Source of the DNA: Nostoc punctiforme PCC 73102
GTDB taxonomy: Bacteria > Cyanobacteriota > Cyanobacteriia > Cyanobacteriales > Nostocaceae
Length of the DNA stretch: 32,000 nt
NCBI RefSeq assembly: GCF_000020025.1
Contig: NC_010628.1
Coordinates: forward strand, 2,970,001-3,002,000
Direction of reading: 5' to 3'
The notes under the pieces were generated by a model that searched no databases, was not told the origin of the DNA, and saw nothing but the letters and a program-made list of their open reading frames with translations. The first letter of the stretch is position 1, and every line of letters begins with the position of its first letter. This document shows positions 6,942-15,960 of the stretch, piece by piece. Position numbers and translations under genes: made by a program.

Positions 6942-9665
6942 TTATTGACCAATAGCACAGAATGCTGCCCAGTGATAAGGCTGACAAAATGGTTGTTCTT
7001 CATCTTGATGCTGAAGAAGAGAGCGTTCTAGATAGAATTTGTCAGTGCGCCTGATGGATAAATTTTCAATCCATTGCTCTAATTCCGTCCTCGTTGAAAA
7101 AAAGCTTCTTAGGTTAAATTGATCTATATAATTAAGGGACAAACTTTCAATCCACTGCTCAAGCGGCTGCTTAGTCCACTGCTCAATCGACTGCTTAAAT
7201 TGCGTTCTCGTTAAATCCCGCAACCATATCTGAGCTTTGTTGAGTGCAATGGCTACAGCACTTTCTTCTAGTTCGGAAGACTTATTCCAATGTTCTATTA
7301 AGTTTTCGTAAAATTTGATCATCAACAAGGCAGTAGAAATATCATTCACTTTCCAGAGACTAGCGACAATGCTGGGACTGCCTGCAAATAAGAAGCTACT
7401 AGGTAGACCAATGTATTCATCACTGATACTATCAGGATCTACCATTCCTGTTTCGCAGCCTGAGAGAGTGACAAGGCGGCATTTATCAAGAGTTAGTCCA
7501 AAAATTTCGGCTAGGGTAAGCCTTCCATCTTCTTTTTGTGTTTCAGACCCATGTTCGGCTAATAGTAGTGCTGATTCTAAAGGAGATTTCAGGTCAAACT
7601 CACCATGACAACAAAAGTGGCAACAATGAGATGAAGGTAGGTTTTCACTGACCTTGAGGGTAACTTCGCTGGCATCTGTCTCTTGCAATACATAATTAGA
7701 GGAAAAAAATGAGCGGATAACGTCAACTTCTAACTTGGCATATTTTAGGCTAGCCAAAACATTTTTGGGATTCTGAACAGCGAACAAATTGCTAAATTCA
7801 GTACGTTGCAGTCTTTGGCTTAATTGCAACAGTTGGCAACTAGGAGCATAACGCACACCACCTTCAAATTCGTCTAAAAGACATTTATTTTGTTCTTCGG
7901 ATAAAGGTAGAGCGTGTAGGGGTAACAAATGTAAGAAGCGGTGGGGGACTAATATCAATCGATTACAAGTTTCAGGAATATGAGATAGTATTTCTTCGAT
8001 ATGCAGAATCTTTGCTAATTCCCTAAACTGACTATTCAGTTTGCTTTGCCACTTTTCTTTATCTGTTGCATAGTAAGCTTGGAGGTATTGTTTACACAAA
8101 CTGATTAAACTGTCTAAATCTTCGGATGAGAATGTCAATACAAGAGGTATGTTTTTTATTTCTGACTCTTTATTATGCTTAACGATAAAAGTAATAATTT
8201 TACTATTAGTAATATACCACTCAATGAGTACAGTATCTTCTTTTACTAAAGCTTGCATCTCACTAAAAGAGATTTTATTAACTTTCTGAGTAAATTTAAA
8301 CGTTTTGTCTATGTAATTAATTTCTTTTAAAAGTTCATCTCGTTTCTTTCGCAATGATTTTAATTCTTCTTGGCTTTCTTTCTGCCGTTGTTTACTTGAA
8401 TTTTTTCTTCGCAATTCATCAAGTTCTTTGCAATGTCTTTCATAGTATTCTTGTTTCCCTTGTCTGTCATAGAAGTCTTCTTTGGGATATAAGTTTTTGG
8501 TTGTTAGTAGTTCAACAAGGTTGCGAGACTTACTAAGTTCAGCGTATTCCATAGCATCAGCAAAGTACTGAGGCTGATCTTGAGCTAGTTCTAAACAAAC
8601 TTCTATTATGTTTTGATAATAAGGATTCCATTCTTCAGCCAATTTTTGTTTATCTACTTCAATCCCAGAGCCAGAGATTATTTCTGCTCGGAGAGATTCT
8701 GCAATATTAATTGCAGCAGCAAAGGCTGTATGAGCTTTAGTGTAGTTTTCAGCATTTTGGTAGGCATATCCAATATTACCTTGAGTTGTTGCCCACTCAT
8801 GGGGAAAATCATCACTATTATAGATTTGTAAAGCTGATTCAAAAGCCTGAACTGCCAACTTTAAATTATCTTTTTTATATCCATTTTTTCTTTTAATATA
8901 AGCCATTCCAAGATTATTTTTGATTTTAGCCCATTGGCTGGGATATTGTTTATTAATTAATTTTTTTAGTACTGAATTGAAAATATGAATTGCTTGTTCT
9001 AAATTATCTTCCTTATTTCCTTGTTGTCTTTTAAGATAAGCATTAGCAAGATTATTTTGAGTTATAGCCCAATCGCTAGTAAATTTATCAACAGTGTAAA
9101 CTTGCAAAGCTAATTCAAAAGCCTGTATTGCTTTTTCTATATTATTTACATCTTCTTTTTCTAATTGCATATAAGCATAACCAATTTGATTTTGAGTCCA
9201 CGCCCAATTTTCAGGAAAACCTTCGCAACTGTAAACTTGCAAAGCTAATTCAAAAGACTTAATTGCTGCTTCTAAATTGTTATTCTTATCTCCTCTGAGG
9301 CGGTAACAGTAAGTAATGCCAAGATTAGTTTGTGTCTTAGCCCATTCGTTACTAAAACGTCCACCAATGTAAATTGGCAAAGCTGATTTGAAAGCTTCAA
9401 TTGCTAGTTCCAGGTTTTCCGCCGTCTCACCTCTTATCCGGCAATTGTAGGCACAACCAAGTTCATTTTGAATCCATGCCCAGTCTTGGGGAAAAGCCTC
9501 ACGGGTATAGAATTTTTCTTGTAGAAGTTTATACCCAGCAATAGCTATTTCTATATTACTGGCTTTTCTACCACAAGGAAAATACAAGAATAGCTGACTG
9601 AATACAGCAATAACTGAGGCAATCTTTTCTAAAACTTTTTGTAATATATGTTCCAACAAACTCAT
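6942..9665 (-). CDS. TPR-repeat / CHAT-domain caspase-like protease
   Basis: Six ~46-aa repeats follow the pattern FPxxWAxTQNNLGxAYxxRxxGxxxxNLExAIxAFExALQVY (aa ~55-330, DNA ~8680-9500). The C-terminal CHAT core has the His in HFCCHGEF (codon 7605-7607), the Cys in LSGCETG (codon 7455-7457) and the typical ending PYHWAAFCAIGQ. Confidence 0.9.
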   Translation of the reverse strand: MSLLEHILQKVLEKIASVIAVFSQLFLYFPCGRKASNIEIAIAGYKLLQEKFYTREAFPQDWAWIQNELGCAYNCRIRGETAENLELAIEAFKSALPIYIGGRFSNEWAKTQTNLGITYCYRLRGDKNNNLEAAIKSFELALQVYSCEGFPENWAWTQNQIGYAYMQLEKEDVNNIEKAIQAFELALQVYTVDKFTSDWAITQNNLANAYLKRQQGNKEDNLEQAIHIFNSVLKKLINKQYPSQWAKIKNNLGMAYIKRKNGYKKDNLKLAVQAFESALQIYNSDDFPHEWATTQGNIGYAYQNAENYTKAHTAFAAAINIAESLRAEIISGSGIEVDKQKLAEEWNPYYQNIIEVCLELAQDQPQYFADAMEYAELSKSRNLVELLTTKNLYPKEDFYDRQGKQEYYERHCKELDELRRKNSSKQRQKESQEELKSLRKKRDELLKEINYIDKTFKFTQKVNKISFSEMQALVKEDTVLIEWYITNSKIITFIVKHNKESEIKNIPLVLTFSSEDLDSLISLCKQYLQAYYATDKEKWQSKLNSQFRELAKILHIEEILSHIPETCNRLILVPHRFLHLLPLHALPLSEEQNKCLLDEFEGGVRYAPSCQLLQLSQRLQRTEFSNLFAVQNPKNVLASLKYAKLEVDVIRSFFSSNYVLQETDASEVTLKVSENLPSSHCCHFCCHGEFDLKSPLESALLLAEHGSETQKEDGRLTLAEIFGLTLDKCRLVTLSGCETGMVDPDSISDEYIGLPSSFLFAGSPSIVASLWKVNDISTALLMIKFYENLIEHWNKSSELEESAVAIALNKAQIWLRDLTRTQFKQSIEQWTKQPLEQWIESLSLNYIDQFNLRSFFSTRTELEQWIENLSIRRTDKFYLERSLLQHQDEEQPFCQPYHWAAFCAIGQ

Positions 9666-9715
9666 GCTTTTTACCTAAATAATAGCCACCCAAATTAGTA
9701 AAGACTAAGTAGGAT

Positions 9716-9754
9716 ATATAATTAATTAAAACTAACTATTTTAATTAATTATAT
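9716..9754. promoter_or_regulatory. Perfect 16-bp AT-only inverted repeat (ATATAATTAATTAAAA-7nt-TTTTAATTAATTATAT)
   Basis: Arms at 9716-9731 and 9739-9754, read directly. It lies 51-89 nt upstream of the CHAT start codon and about 165 nt downstream of the regulator gene stop. Confidence 0.35.
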
Positions 9755-9916
9755 GAATGCGATCGCCACCCCATCCAAGTATTTTGATCGCCTTTCTCAT
9801 GTTTGTACAAATGACAACTAAGTGAATATACTAAGCCTAGAAAATAAGCTCAACTTTGTCACTAGCGAAATGTTGGGCTTTAAACTTATCAAAATGTGAG
9901 GTCGAGAAGCTGCAAA

Positions 9917-10552
9917 CTACAGCCTGACAATCCCTCGATTCAGTGCAGTGACTAGGGCTTGAGTCCGATCGCTAACGTTCAACTTTCCGAAAATATTATT
10001 GGTATGGAACCTGACGGTACTCTCAGCAATATTGAGGACATTGCTAATCTGCTGGTTATTCTTACCCTTGGCGATCAGGCGCAGCACTTCCAACTCACGA
10101 TCGCTCAATTCCTCACTACTCATCCGTTCAGCTAGCTTGGCTGCTATAGTTGGCGGAATATACTTTTGTCCTTTATGAACAGTGCGAATCGCATCCAAGA
10201 GTTCGTTCGGTTCCGCACCTTTAAGGAGATAGCCCTTTGCACCAGCCCGCAATCCGCGATAGATATCTTCATCGCCATCAAAGGTAGTCAACACAACGAT
10301 TCGGGCGTGTTTAAACTTAGCACAGATGGCTGCGATCGCATCAGCACCTTCCATCTTCGGCATTCGCAAATCCATCAGCGCCACATCAGGTTGATGTTGG
10401 TGGAAAAGTTCTAACGCTTCTCGCCCGTCGCCAGCATGGCCGATTACAGTCATATCTGACTCACATTGAAGAAACATTGTTAAAGCTTGTCCCAAGATGG
10501 GATGATCGTCAGCAAGTAGGATACGAATGACATTAGATTGACTCATAATCAT
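9917..10552 (-). CDS. Response regulator, NarL/LuxR family (REC + HTH)
   Basis: The receiver domain shows LLADDHP...ALMDLRMPKMEG...KGYLLK. The C-terminal LuxR-type HTH shows LSDRELEVLRLIAKGKNNQQISNVLNIAESTVRFHTNNIFGKL. The gene abuts the kinase stop codon. Confidence 0.9.
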   Translation of the reverse strand: MIMSQSNVIRILLADDHPILGQALTMFLQCESDMTVIGHAGDGREALELFHQHQPDVALMDLRMPKMEGADAIAAICAKFKHARIVVLTTFDGDEDIYRGLRAGAKGYLLKGAEPNELLDAIRTVHKGQKYIPPTIAAKLAERMSSEELSDRELEVLRLIAKGKNNQQISNVLNIAESTVRFHTNNIFGKLNVSDRTQALVTALNRGIVRL

Positions 10553-13339
10553 TTACTCTCGGTAGACTAACACTGAAACTTCTGTTCCCTGTCCTGGCGA
10601 ACTCTGAATTGTTAGTTTTGCCCCGATGCATTCAGCCCGTTCGCTCATGACTAAAAGCCCAAAGCTGTTGATAACAGATACACTGGCGATGTCAAACCCT
10701 TGTCCATCATCTTTGATTCGCAAGCTGCACTGGCTTTCTTGATACGCCAGTTCAATTTGGATTTCTCCAGCTTGGGCATATTTGAAGGCATTGGTTAATG
10801 CTTCTTGTCCAATGCGGAGTAGGTTATTTTCAACATCTGGAGACAAGGGGTATATCTCGCCTATTAATTGGCAGACAATATGTGTATTGCTAGGGGAAAA
10901 CATCTGTGTTGCGAAGCGATTGAGAGCATTAAAAATGTTGCCGTCCTCCAATAATTGAGAGCGTAATGCTTTGATCGAACGGCGTGCTTCAGTTAGCCCA
11001 GAATGAGCTAAGTCTCGCCCTGCTTTGATTAATTTCTGTGCTACTTCTATATCTGTCGTCAGTTTTCGTGAGGCGGTATCTAAGTGGACAATAACAACTG
11101 TGAAGGCTTGTGCTAAAGTATCGTGAATTTCCTGTGCCAAGCGGTTACGTTCTGCCAATACAGTTGCTTCTTCAGCCTGCTTACGACTAGTGATATCCTG
11201 TATTGCAGCCATCCTGATGGTACGCCCACGATATGACATGACTCTGGCTCTGATCTCAGCCGGAAATGTGCTTCCATCCTTACGCAGACAAACGGTTTCA
11301 TAAATTCCTTCATCTCCTGAGCGAATCTTCTGCATCACTTGTTCTCGATATTCAGGAGCAGTAAAATCCATGACACGCATACCAAGCAACTCCGAAAGTT
11401 CATAACCAAACATCTCAGCACAGGTTTGGTTAGTATCTAAAAGTATGCCTTGTTCGGTAATAGCGATCGCTTCAAATGTTGCCTCTGCCAACAGCCGAAA
11501 TCGCGTCTCGCTTTCTAGAAGTGCTACTTCTGCCTGCTTGCGTTCAGCGATTTCTCGTTGTAGCTCCAGGGTACGTTGAGTAACCTGTTGCTCTAAAACG
11601 GAATTATAATCAGCTAGGATCTTCTCTGCTTTTTTGCGTTCGGTAATATCAATACAAACAGTGAGCGCATATATTACTTTCCCTGATTCATCAAAAATTG
11701 GGGTGCTTAAAACTTCTATAGGGATAGTTTTATTAGGGTGGCGAAACTCCATATTATCAATGTGGACTGTTTTACCTACCAAAGAATACATAATTGGTAG
11801 TTCATCAGTAGGGTATAAGTAGTCAGTTTCAGCTAGATAAATTTGATAATATTCTGCTATCTTTTCGGGTTTGATAGATGGCAATAAGTCTACGCTGATT
11901 AATTTTTGCACAGCTCGATTATTATAGTAAATTTCCCCATACGGATCGTTTATCGAAATAGCTACAGGCACAGCATCAAGAAATTGCTTCAGGCGGGTTT
12001 CACTCTGCAATAAAGCCTTATTTAAATCCTGCATTTCCGAAAATTTTGCTTGGAGTTGATCCGCCATATTATTAAATGATCTGGCTAATTCCCCCAATTC
12101 ATCGGAACGCTCTATTTTTATTCTTTTTTCCCATTCACCTTGAGCAAGTGCTAAAGCTGATTTTTTTAAAGCTAGAACTGGTTCAGCAATCCACCGTAAA
12201 ATCAAAACACCGACAGCTACAGCCACTATCAAAGCAACAATACACAGCACAATAGTGGTGCGGGTATTAGCATTAATTTCTTCCATGAAGTCATTTTCTG
12301 GGACGACTACCACAATTAACCAGTCAAGTCCCCGATTATCTTGGAAGGGTAAAACTCGAATAAACTGCCGCTTACCATCTATCGAAAAATATAATTGCTG
12401 TGAGCTATTAATTGACTTAAATTCATTAAATTTACTTTTTAAATATTTACTAGTGCATTGTGTTTTTTTATCCTTACTATCTATAGCCAAAAATGGCTTA
12501 ATTCTATTTTCTGCTAATTGTGTTTTAAAATTATTTGAGTGGAAAGGCTTTTCATTAGTTGAGGTTGCTACCAATCTTCCAGAATGACGCTCAACAATAA
12601 AACTTATTCCTGTTTTACCAATTTTTAAATTTTGCAGAAAAGTGCCAATTTTAGATAAGTTTAAATTTGAGAGTAATACACCTTGCAAATTTCCCTGTTT
12701 ATCGTAAGCAGGCTGACTAGCAGCGATGTACAAAGCAATGCCAGAATTATGAGGATAAATTTCACTCCAAACTGGTCTTTGTTTTGCTATCGCTTTGTTA
12801 TACCAATTACGTCTTTGAGTATCATAAGGTTTGCCAAAATCCTTTATTCCCGTGCGTGTGCTTTGTTTATTAGTAGTATAAGTCCGCAAATTATACTTAG
12901 TTGATTTACCAGATGCTCTGATTGTCAAAGAGCCATCAGGAAATATTTCTGCTGAAATAAACTCTTTATTCGTATTTGCAAATCCAATTAGACTTACTTG
13001 ATTAAATACTTCTAACTGGTCAAAAAAATAATGTTCTAAGACGGTCAAATCTTGTACATCTAATTGACCAAGTTTAATAGCATTAGCATTATTCTGATTA
13101 ATTTGTTGGGGAGTTTCAAGAAAAGTATGCAGATTCTGCTGAACACGCTGGCTAATTTCACTTAGTAGCCGTGTGGCAATATTATTTACTGCTTTTTGCC
13201 CATTTTTGAATGAGAGATAACCTGTTAAACTCGCCACCGCTAAAATTTGCAGAATAAAGGGAATAATCAGAACGGTTCGCAGAGAAGGTTTAACGGGAAG
13301 AGAAAGAAAGTATTGAAGATATGATATTTTGTTAAACAA
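10553..13339 (-). CDS. Sensor histidine kinase: periplasmic Cache-like domain, HAMP, two PAS, HisKA_3, HATPase
   Basis: Two TM segments bracket a ~320-aa extracytoplasmic domain. HAMP is marked by SDELGELARSFNNMADQL and PAS regions by the DITERK and DITSRK ends. The H-box is ERNRLAQEIHDTLAQ and the ATPase carries the DDGQGF and G-rich motifs. Confidence 0.9.
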   Translation of the reverse strand: MFNKISYLQYFLSLPVKPSLRTVLIIPFILQILAVASLTGYLSFKNGQKAVNNIATRLLSEISQRVQQNLHTFLETPQQINQNNANAIKLGQLDVQDLTVLEHYFFDQLEVFNQVSLIGFANTNKEFISAEIFPDGSLTIRASGKSTKYNLRTYTTNKQSTRTGIKDFGKPYDTQRRNWYNKAIAKQRPVWSEIYPHNSGIALYIAASQPAYDKQGNLQGVLLSNLNLSKIGTFLQNLKIGKTGISFIVERHSGRLVATSTNEKPFHSNNFKTQLAENRIKPFLAIDSKDKKTQCTSKYLKSKFNEFKSINSSQQLYFSIDGKRQFIRVLPFQDNRGLDWLIVVVVPENDFMEEINANTRTTIVLCIVALIVAVAVGVLILRWIAEPVLALKKSALALAQGEWEKRIKIERSDELGELARSFNNMADQLQAKFSEMQDLNKALLQSETRLKQFLDAVPVAISINDPYGEIYYNNRAVQKLISVDLLPSIKPEKIAEYYQIYLAETDYLYPTDELPIMYSLVGKTVHIDNMEFRHPNKTIPIEVLSTPIFDESGKVIYALTVCIDITERKKAEKILADYNSVLEQQVTQRTLELQREIAERKQAEVALLESETRFRLLAEATFEAIAITEQGILLDTNQTCAEMFGYELSELLGMRVMDFTAPEYREQVMQKIRSGDEGIYETVCLRKDGSTFPAEIRARVMSYRGRTIRMAAIQDITSRKQAEEATVLAERNRLAQEIHDTLAQAFTVVIVHLDTASRKLTTDIEVAQKLIKAGRDLAHSGLTEARRSIKALRSQLLEDGNIFNALNRFATQMFSPSNTHIVCQLIGEIYPLSPDVENNLLRIGQEALTNAFKYAQAGEIQIELAYQESQCSLRIKDDGQGFDIASVSVINSFGLLVMSERAECIGAKLTIQSSPGQGTEVSVLVYRE

Positions 13340-13819
13340 TAAAATATTCCTTTTATTGTCAAGACTATAAAATTTACTTAAGAAATTAAACTTCAGAAAT
13401 TTTTAAGTGTCTGAAGCAGAAGTAGTTCAGGCTTTTTAACTCATCCTGCATTCACTACAGCACTTTTATTTTGATTAATAATGAATGTTTCCTTTAAGTT
13501 GTATAGTCAGCAATTTTATTTGGATAACATATATTGAATTTTATGTAGGAGTAAAAATCATTTTTGCATAATCTAGTTCTAAAAAATGCATACAGAAAGA
13601 TTAATCGTAAAAAATCTCTCTTAGGATAGATGTTTATTTTATTTTTTAAAATTAGGCATAAACTATATAACTACAAGACAATCAAAACAATTTCCGCAAT
13701 CATCTACAACCAAAAGCTATAATTTTTTGAGGAAATTGTAATTTCCTGCATTTTCTCAGATTTTCCAACCAGCCTTAAAGGATGTTTGAAAAGTAGTTCC
13801 TTGTTATTCCAGGCTCTTA

Positions 13820-13990
13820 TTGATCCCCCCTAACCCACGCCAGTCGCTCCAGTTTGCAAGACCAGAATCAAAGTCCCCCTTTTTAAGGCAATACAGTTCA
13901 CATAAGACCAAAACACTTGTAGAGACGGCAATTTATCGCGTCTCAAAAACCCAAGATTTTGTACTTTTTAAGGGGGATTTAGCAGGGTGG
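13820..13990. repeat. Degenerate Nostoc-type intergenic repeat cluster
   Basis: Contains GATCCCCCCTAACCC, GTCCCCCTTTTTAAGG / TTTTTAAGGGGGATTTAG and the palindromic GTAGAGACGGCAATTTATCGCGTCTC. The last is related to CGCGATGAATCGCGTCTCTAC at 15020-15040. The 66-aa ORF called here is a translation of these repeats. Confidence 0.45.
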
Positions 13991-14139
13991 TTTCATACAA
14001 AAAAAGAAAAATACATTTAATAAAGTGTTTTTAGTAACATCAAAATATTCCAAATCTAACCAACGGTTTTTTGGAAATGAGCGTAGTAAAATTTTCAAAA
14101 TATGTGGGAGTGTTTAGAATTTAATCTTCTTAAATTGGG

Positions 14140-14919
14140 TTATTTTTCTGTTCGCCGATTAACTAACGTAGCGCTAGCTTGGTCAACAGGCATCAGCACA
14201 ACTTCGTTAATATTGACATGGGGCGATCGCGTCACACAGAAAAATATCACATCAGCCACATCATCTGCTGTCAGTGGGATAACTCCTTGATAGACCGTTT
14301 TAGCACGTTCAGTATTTCCGTGAAACCGCACCTCGCTAAATTCCGTTTCCACCATACCAGGGTCAACGGAAGTTACACGTACCCGCGTTCCCAACAAGTC
14401 TTGTTTTAAACCTTCAGAAATTGCTCTCACAGCAGCTTTGGTAGCACAGTAGACATTGCCACCGGGATAGGTTTGATGTCCGGCAATGGAACCTAAATTT
14501 ACCACATGGCCGCGATCGCGACTCACCATTCCCGGAACAACATAACGGGAAACATAAAGTAAACCCTTAACGTTAGTATCAATCATGTCTTCCCAGTCTT
14601 GAAAGCTGCCTTCGTGCAACTTGTCTAAACCACGACTTAGACCAGCATTGTTAATCAGAATGTCGATGTTAGACCAGGCAGGCGGTAGAGTAGAGATGGC
14701 AGATTCGACAGCGTTGCGATCGCGCACATCTAGCTGTAATAAATGAATTTCAATACCAAATTCTTTAATGAGAGCATCTTTTAGCTGCTGCAAACGTTCT
14801 AACCGTCGTGCTGCTAGGATTAGTTTTGCACCCGCACCAGCGAAGATTCTCGCACAAGCAGTACCAATACCACTACTTGCGCCAGTAATCAAAATGATTT
14901 GATTTTGTAGGGAAGTCAT
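14140..14919 (-). CDS. Short-chain dehydrogenase/reductase (NADP-dependent, YdfG-like)
   Basis: Carries TGASSGIG cofactor motif, NNAG, and the catalytic S...YCATKAA. Confidence 0.9.
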   Translation of the reverse strand: MTSLQNQIILITGASSGIGTACARIFAGAGAKLILAARRLERLQQLKDALIKEFGIEIHLLQLDVRDRNAVESAISTLPPAWSNIDILINNAGLSRGLDKLHEGSFQDWEDMIDTNVKGLLYVSRYVVPGMVSRDRGHVVNLGSIAGHQTYPGGNVYCATKAAVRAISEGLKQDLLGTRVRVTSVDPGMVETEFSEVRFHGNTERAKTVYQGVIPLTADDVADVIFFCVTRSPHVNINEVVLMPVDQASATLVNRRTEK

Positions 14920-14936
14920 TAGGATAGTTAGAAGTG

Positions 14937-15036
14937 AGGAGTTAATAGTTATGAATTATGAATTAGCACAAGTTTCATAGTTCATAATTTATCATCAGTC
15001 GCTCCTAACTCCTAATAAACGCGATGAATCGCGTCT
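14937..15036 (-). terminator. Intergenic stem-loops directly after the stop codon (candidate terminator / repeat element)
   Basis: The stem ACGCGA-TGAA-TCGCGT (15019-15034) begins 2 nt after the TAG at 15037-15039. On the transcribed strand it is followed by UUAUU. A longer imperfect hairpin runs from AGGAGTTA (14937-14944) to TAACTCCT (15006-15013), with TTATGAA heptamer repeats inside. Confidence 0.3.
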
Positions 15037-15876
15037 CTACTTCTTCACCACTTGTAGGCGCTGAGTTACCATCGTCATTCCATTACCTCGCAGGATGACA
15101 GCAGAAACCCATTGACTACCAGGGGTTGATGGTGCTTGTCCCGTCTTAAACAGTCCACCGGATGTTAATAATTGCAAATCTACGGGTGTGGGGTTGAGAA
15201 ATTTCTCTGGTTGGATGGTTTCCTCTAGCGCCGTTCCTAGGAGAAAATCATCACCAAGTGGCTCTTGGACGATCGCATCAAAATTATACTTCTGACCAAC
15301 TTGTACCTGTTGTGGTAATTTAATATCAATTTTGGGTGGCTTGCTGCCAGAGGTAAGTAGGGTGCGTTCTGCCAAAATATCTTGGCGGACGATTTTACCG
15401 CTTTCAATTCGCTGACGCGATTTAATCGTGGCATTGAGAGCCAAATTATTCCCGCTACTGGAGGGTAAGCCAGTTATTTTCGTCTCTGTTTCGGCAATAA
15501 TCCCATTGCCTTCCGATTTTGAAGATAACAGTTTGGTACTGTATTGTAATTTAGGATATCGTTGCCAAAGTGAAACCAAAGACTTTTCTAGGGTTTGGAG
15601 GTTTAATCCATCCCCATGAGTGAAAGAAGGGCTATAGAATTGCAACACCCCTTTGACATCACCCTTGCTGGCAGCTGCATCGACTTGTGTCAACAGGTTT
15701 TTTAAATCGGTTGGTGCATTTTGAACTGTACCAGTTTGGGCTAATTGCTGTGGTGTCGTCGCTTGAGTGCGTTGCCAACCACTTGTTAAACCAAGGGTTA
15801 GCAGGAACGAAACCAGCCAAATACTGGCTGGAAATTTGAGTTGGCGTTTTGCAAAAGCAGTAATAATTTTAGTCAT
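15037..15876 (-). CDS. Secreted/anchored conserved hypothetical with an NTF2/SnoaL-like N-terminal part
   Basis: 279-codon ORF with a hydrophobic leader ASIWLVSFLLTLGL. The domain guess rests only on the pattern of the segment VLQFYSPSFTHGDGLNLQTLEKSLVSLWQRYPKLQY. Confidence 0.7.
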   Translation of the reverse strand: MTKIITAFAKRQLKFPASIWLVSFLLTLGLTSGWQRTQATTPQQLAQTGTVQNAPTDLKNLLTQVDAAASKGDVKGVLQFYSPSFTHGDGLNLQTLEKSLVSLWQRYPKLQYSTKLLSSKSEGNGIIAETETKITGLPSSSGNNLALNATIKSRQRIESGKIVRQDILAERTLLTSGSKPPKIDIKLPQQVQVGQKYNFDAIVQEPLGDDFLLGTALEETIQPEKFLNPTPVDLQLLTSGGLFKTGQAPSTPGSQWVSAVILRGNGMTMVTQRLQVVKK

Positions 15877-15960
15877 TGGTAAGAGTTTACTGATTTGATG
15901 AGAGAAAGTCAGGAAATTGTTTTATCTTAGTTAAGCTAGACGCTAAACGGTAGAGGTTTG

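Noticed and set aside
8680-9500. Periodic ~138-nt repetition that could be mistaken for a repeat array or CRISPR-like structure
   Set aside because: It is the coding sequence of six TPR-type units in the CHAT protein. The units are divergent at the DNA level, contiguous without spacers, and in one long ORF.
5074-9665. CHAT cassette as a gasdermin system or a type III-E CRISPR (Craspase) module
   Set aside because: No gasdermin-sized (~250-300 aa) neighbour with the expected features is present. No gRAMP/Cas7-11-like gene, cas genes or CRISPR array lie in the window. These systems serve only as analogies.
11113-12904. Short sense or antisense ORFs inside the 928-aa kinase gene
   Set aside because: They are shadow frames of a well-supported multidomain CDS.
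13820-14020. 66-aa plus-strand ORF
   Set aside because: It is composed entirely of dispersed-repeat sequence (GATCCCCCC..., TTAAGGGGGATTTAG, GTAGAGACG...CGTCTC), so it is a translation artefact.
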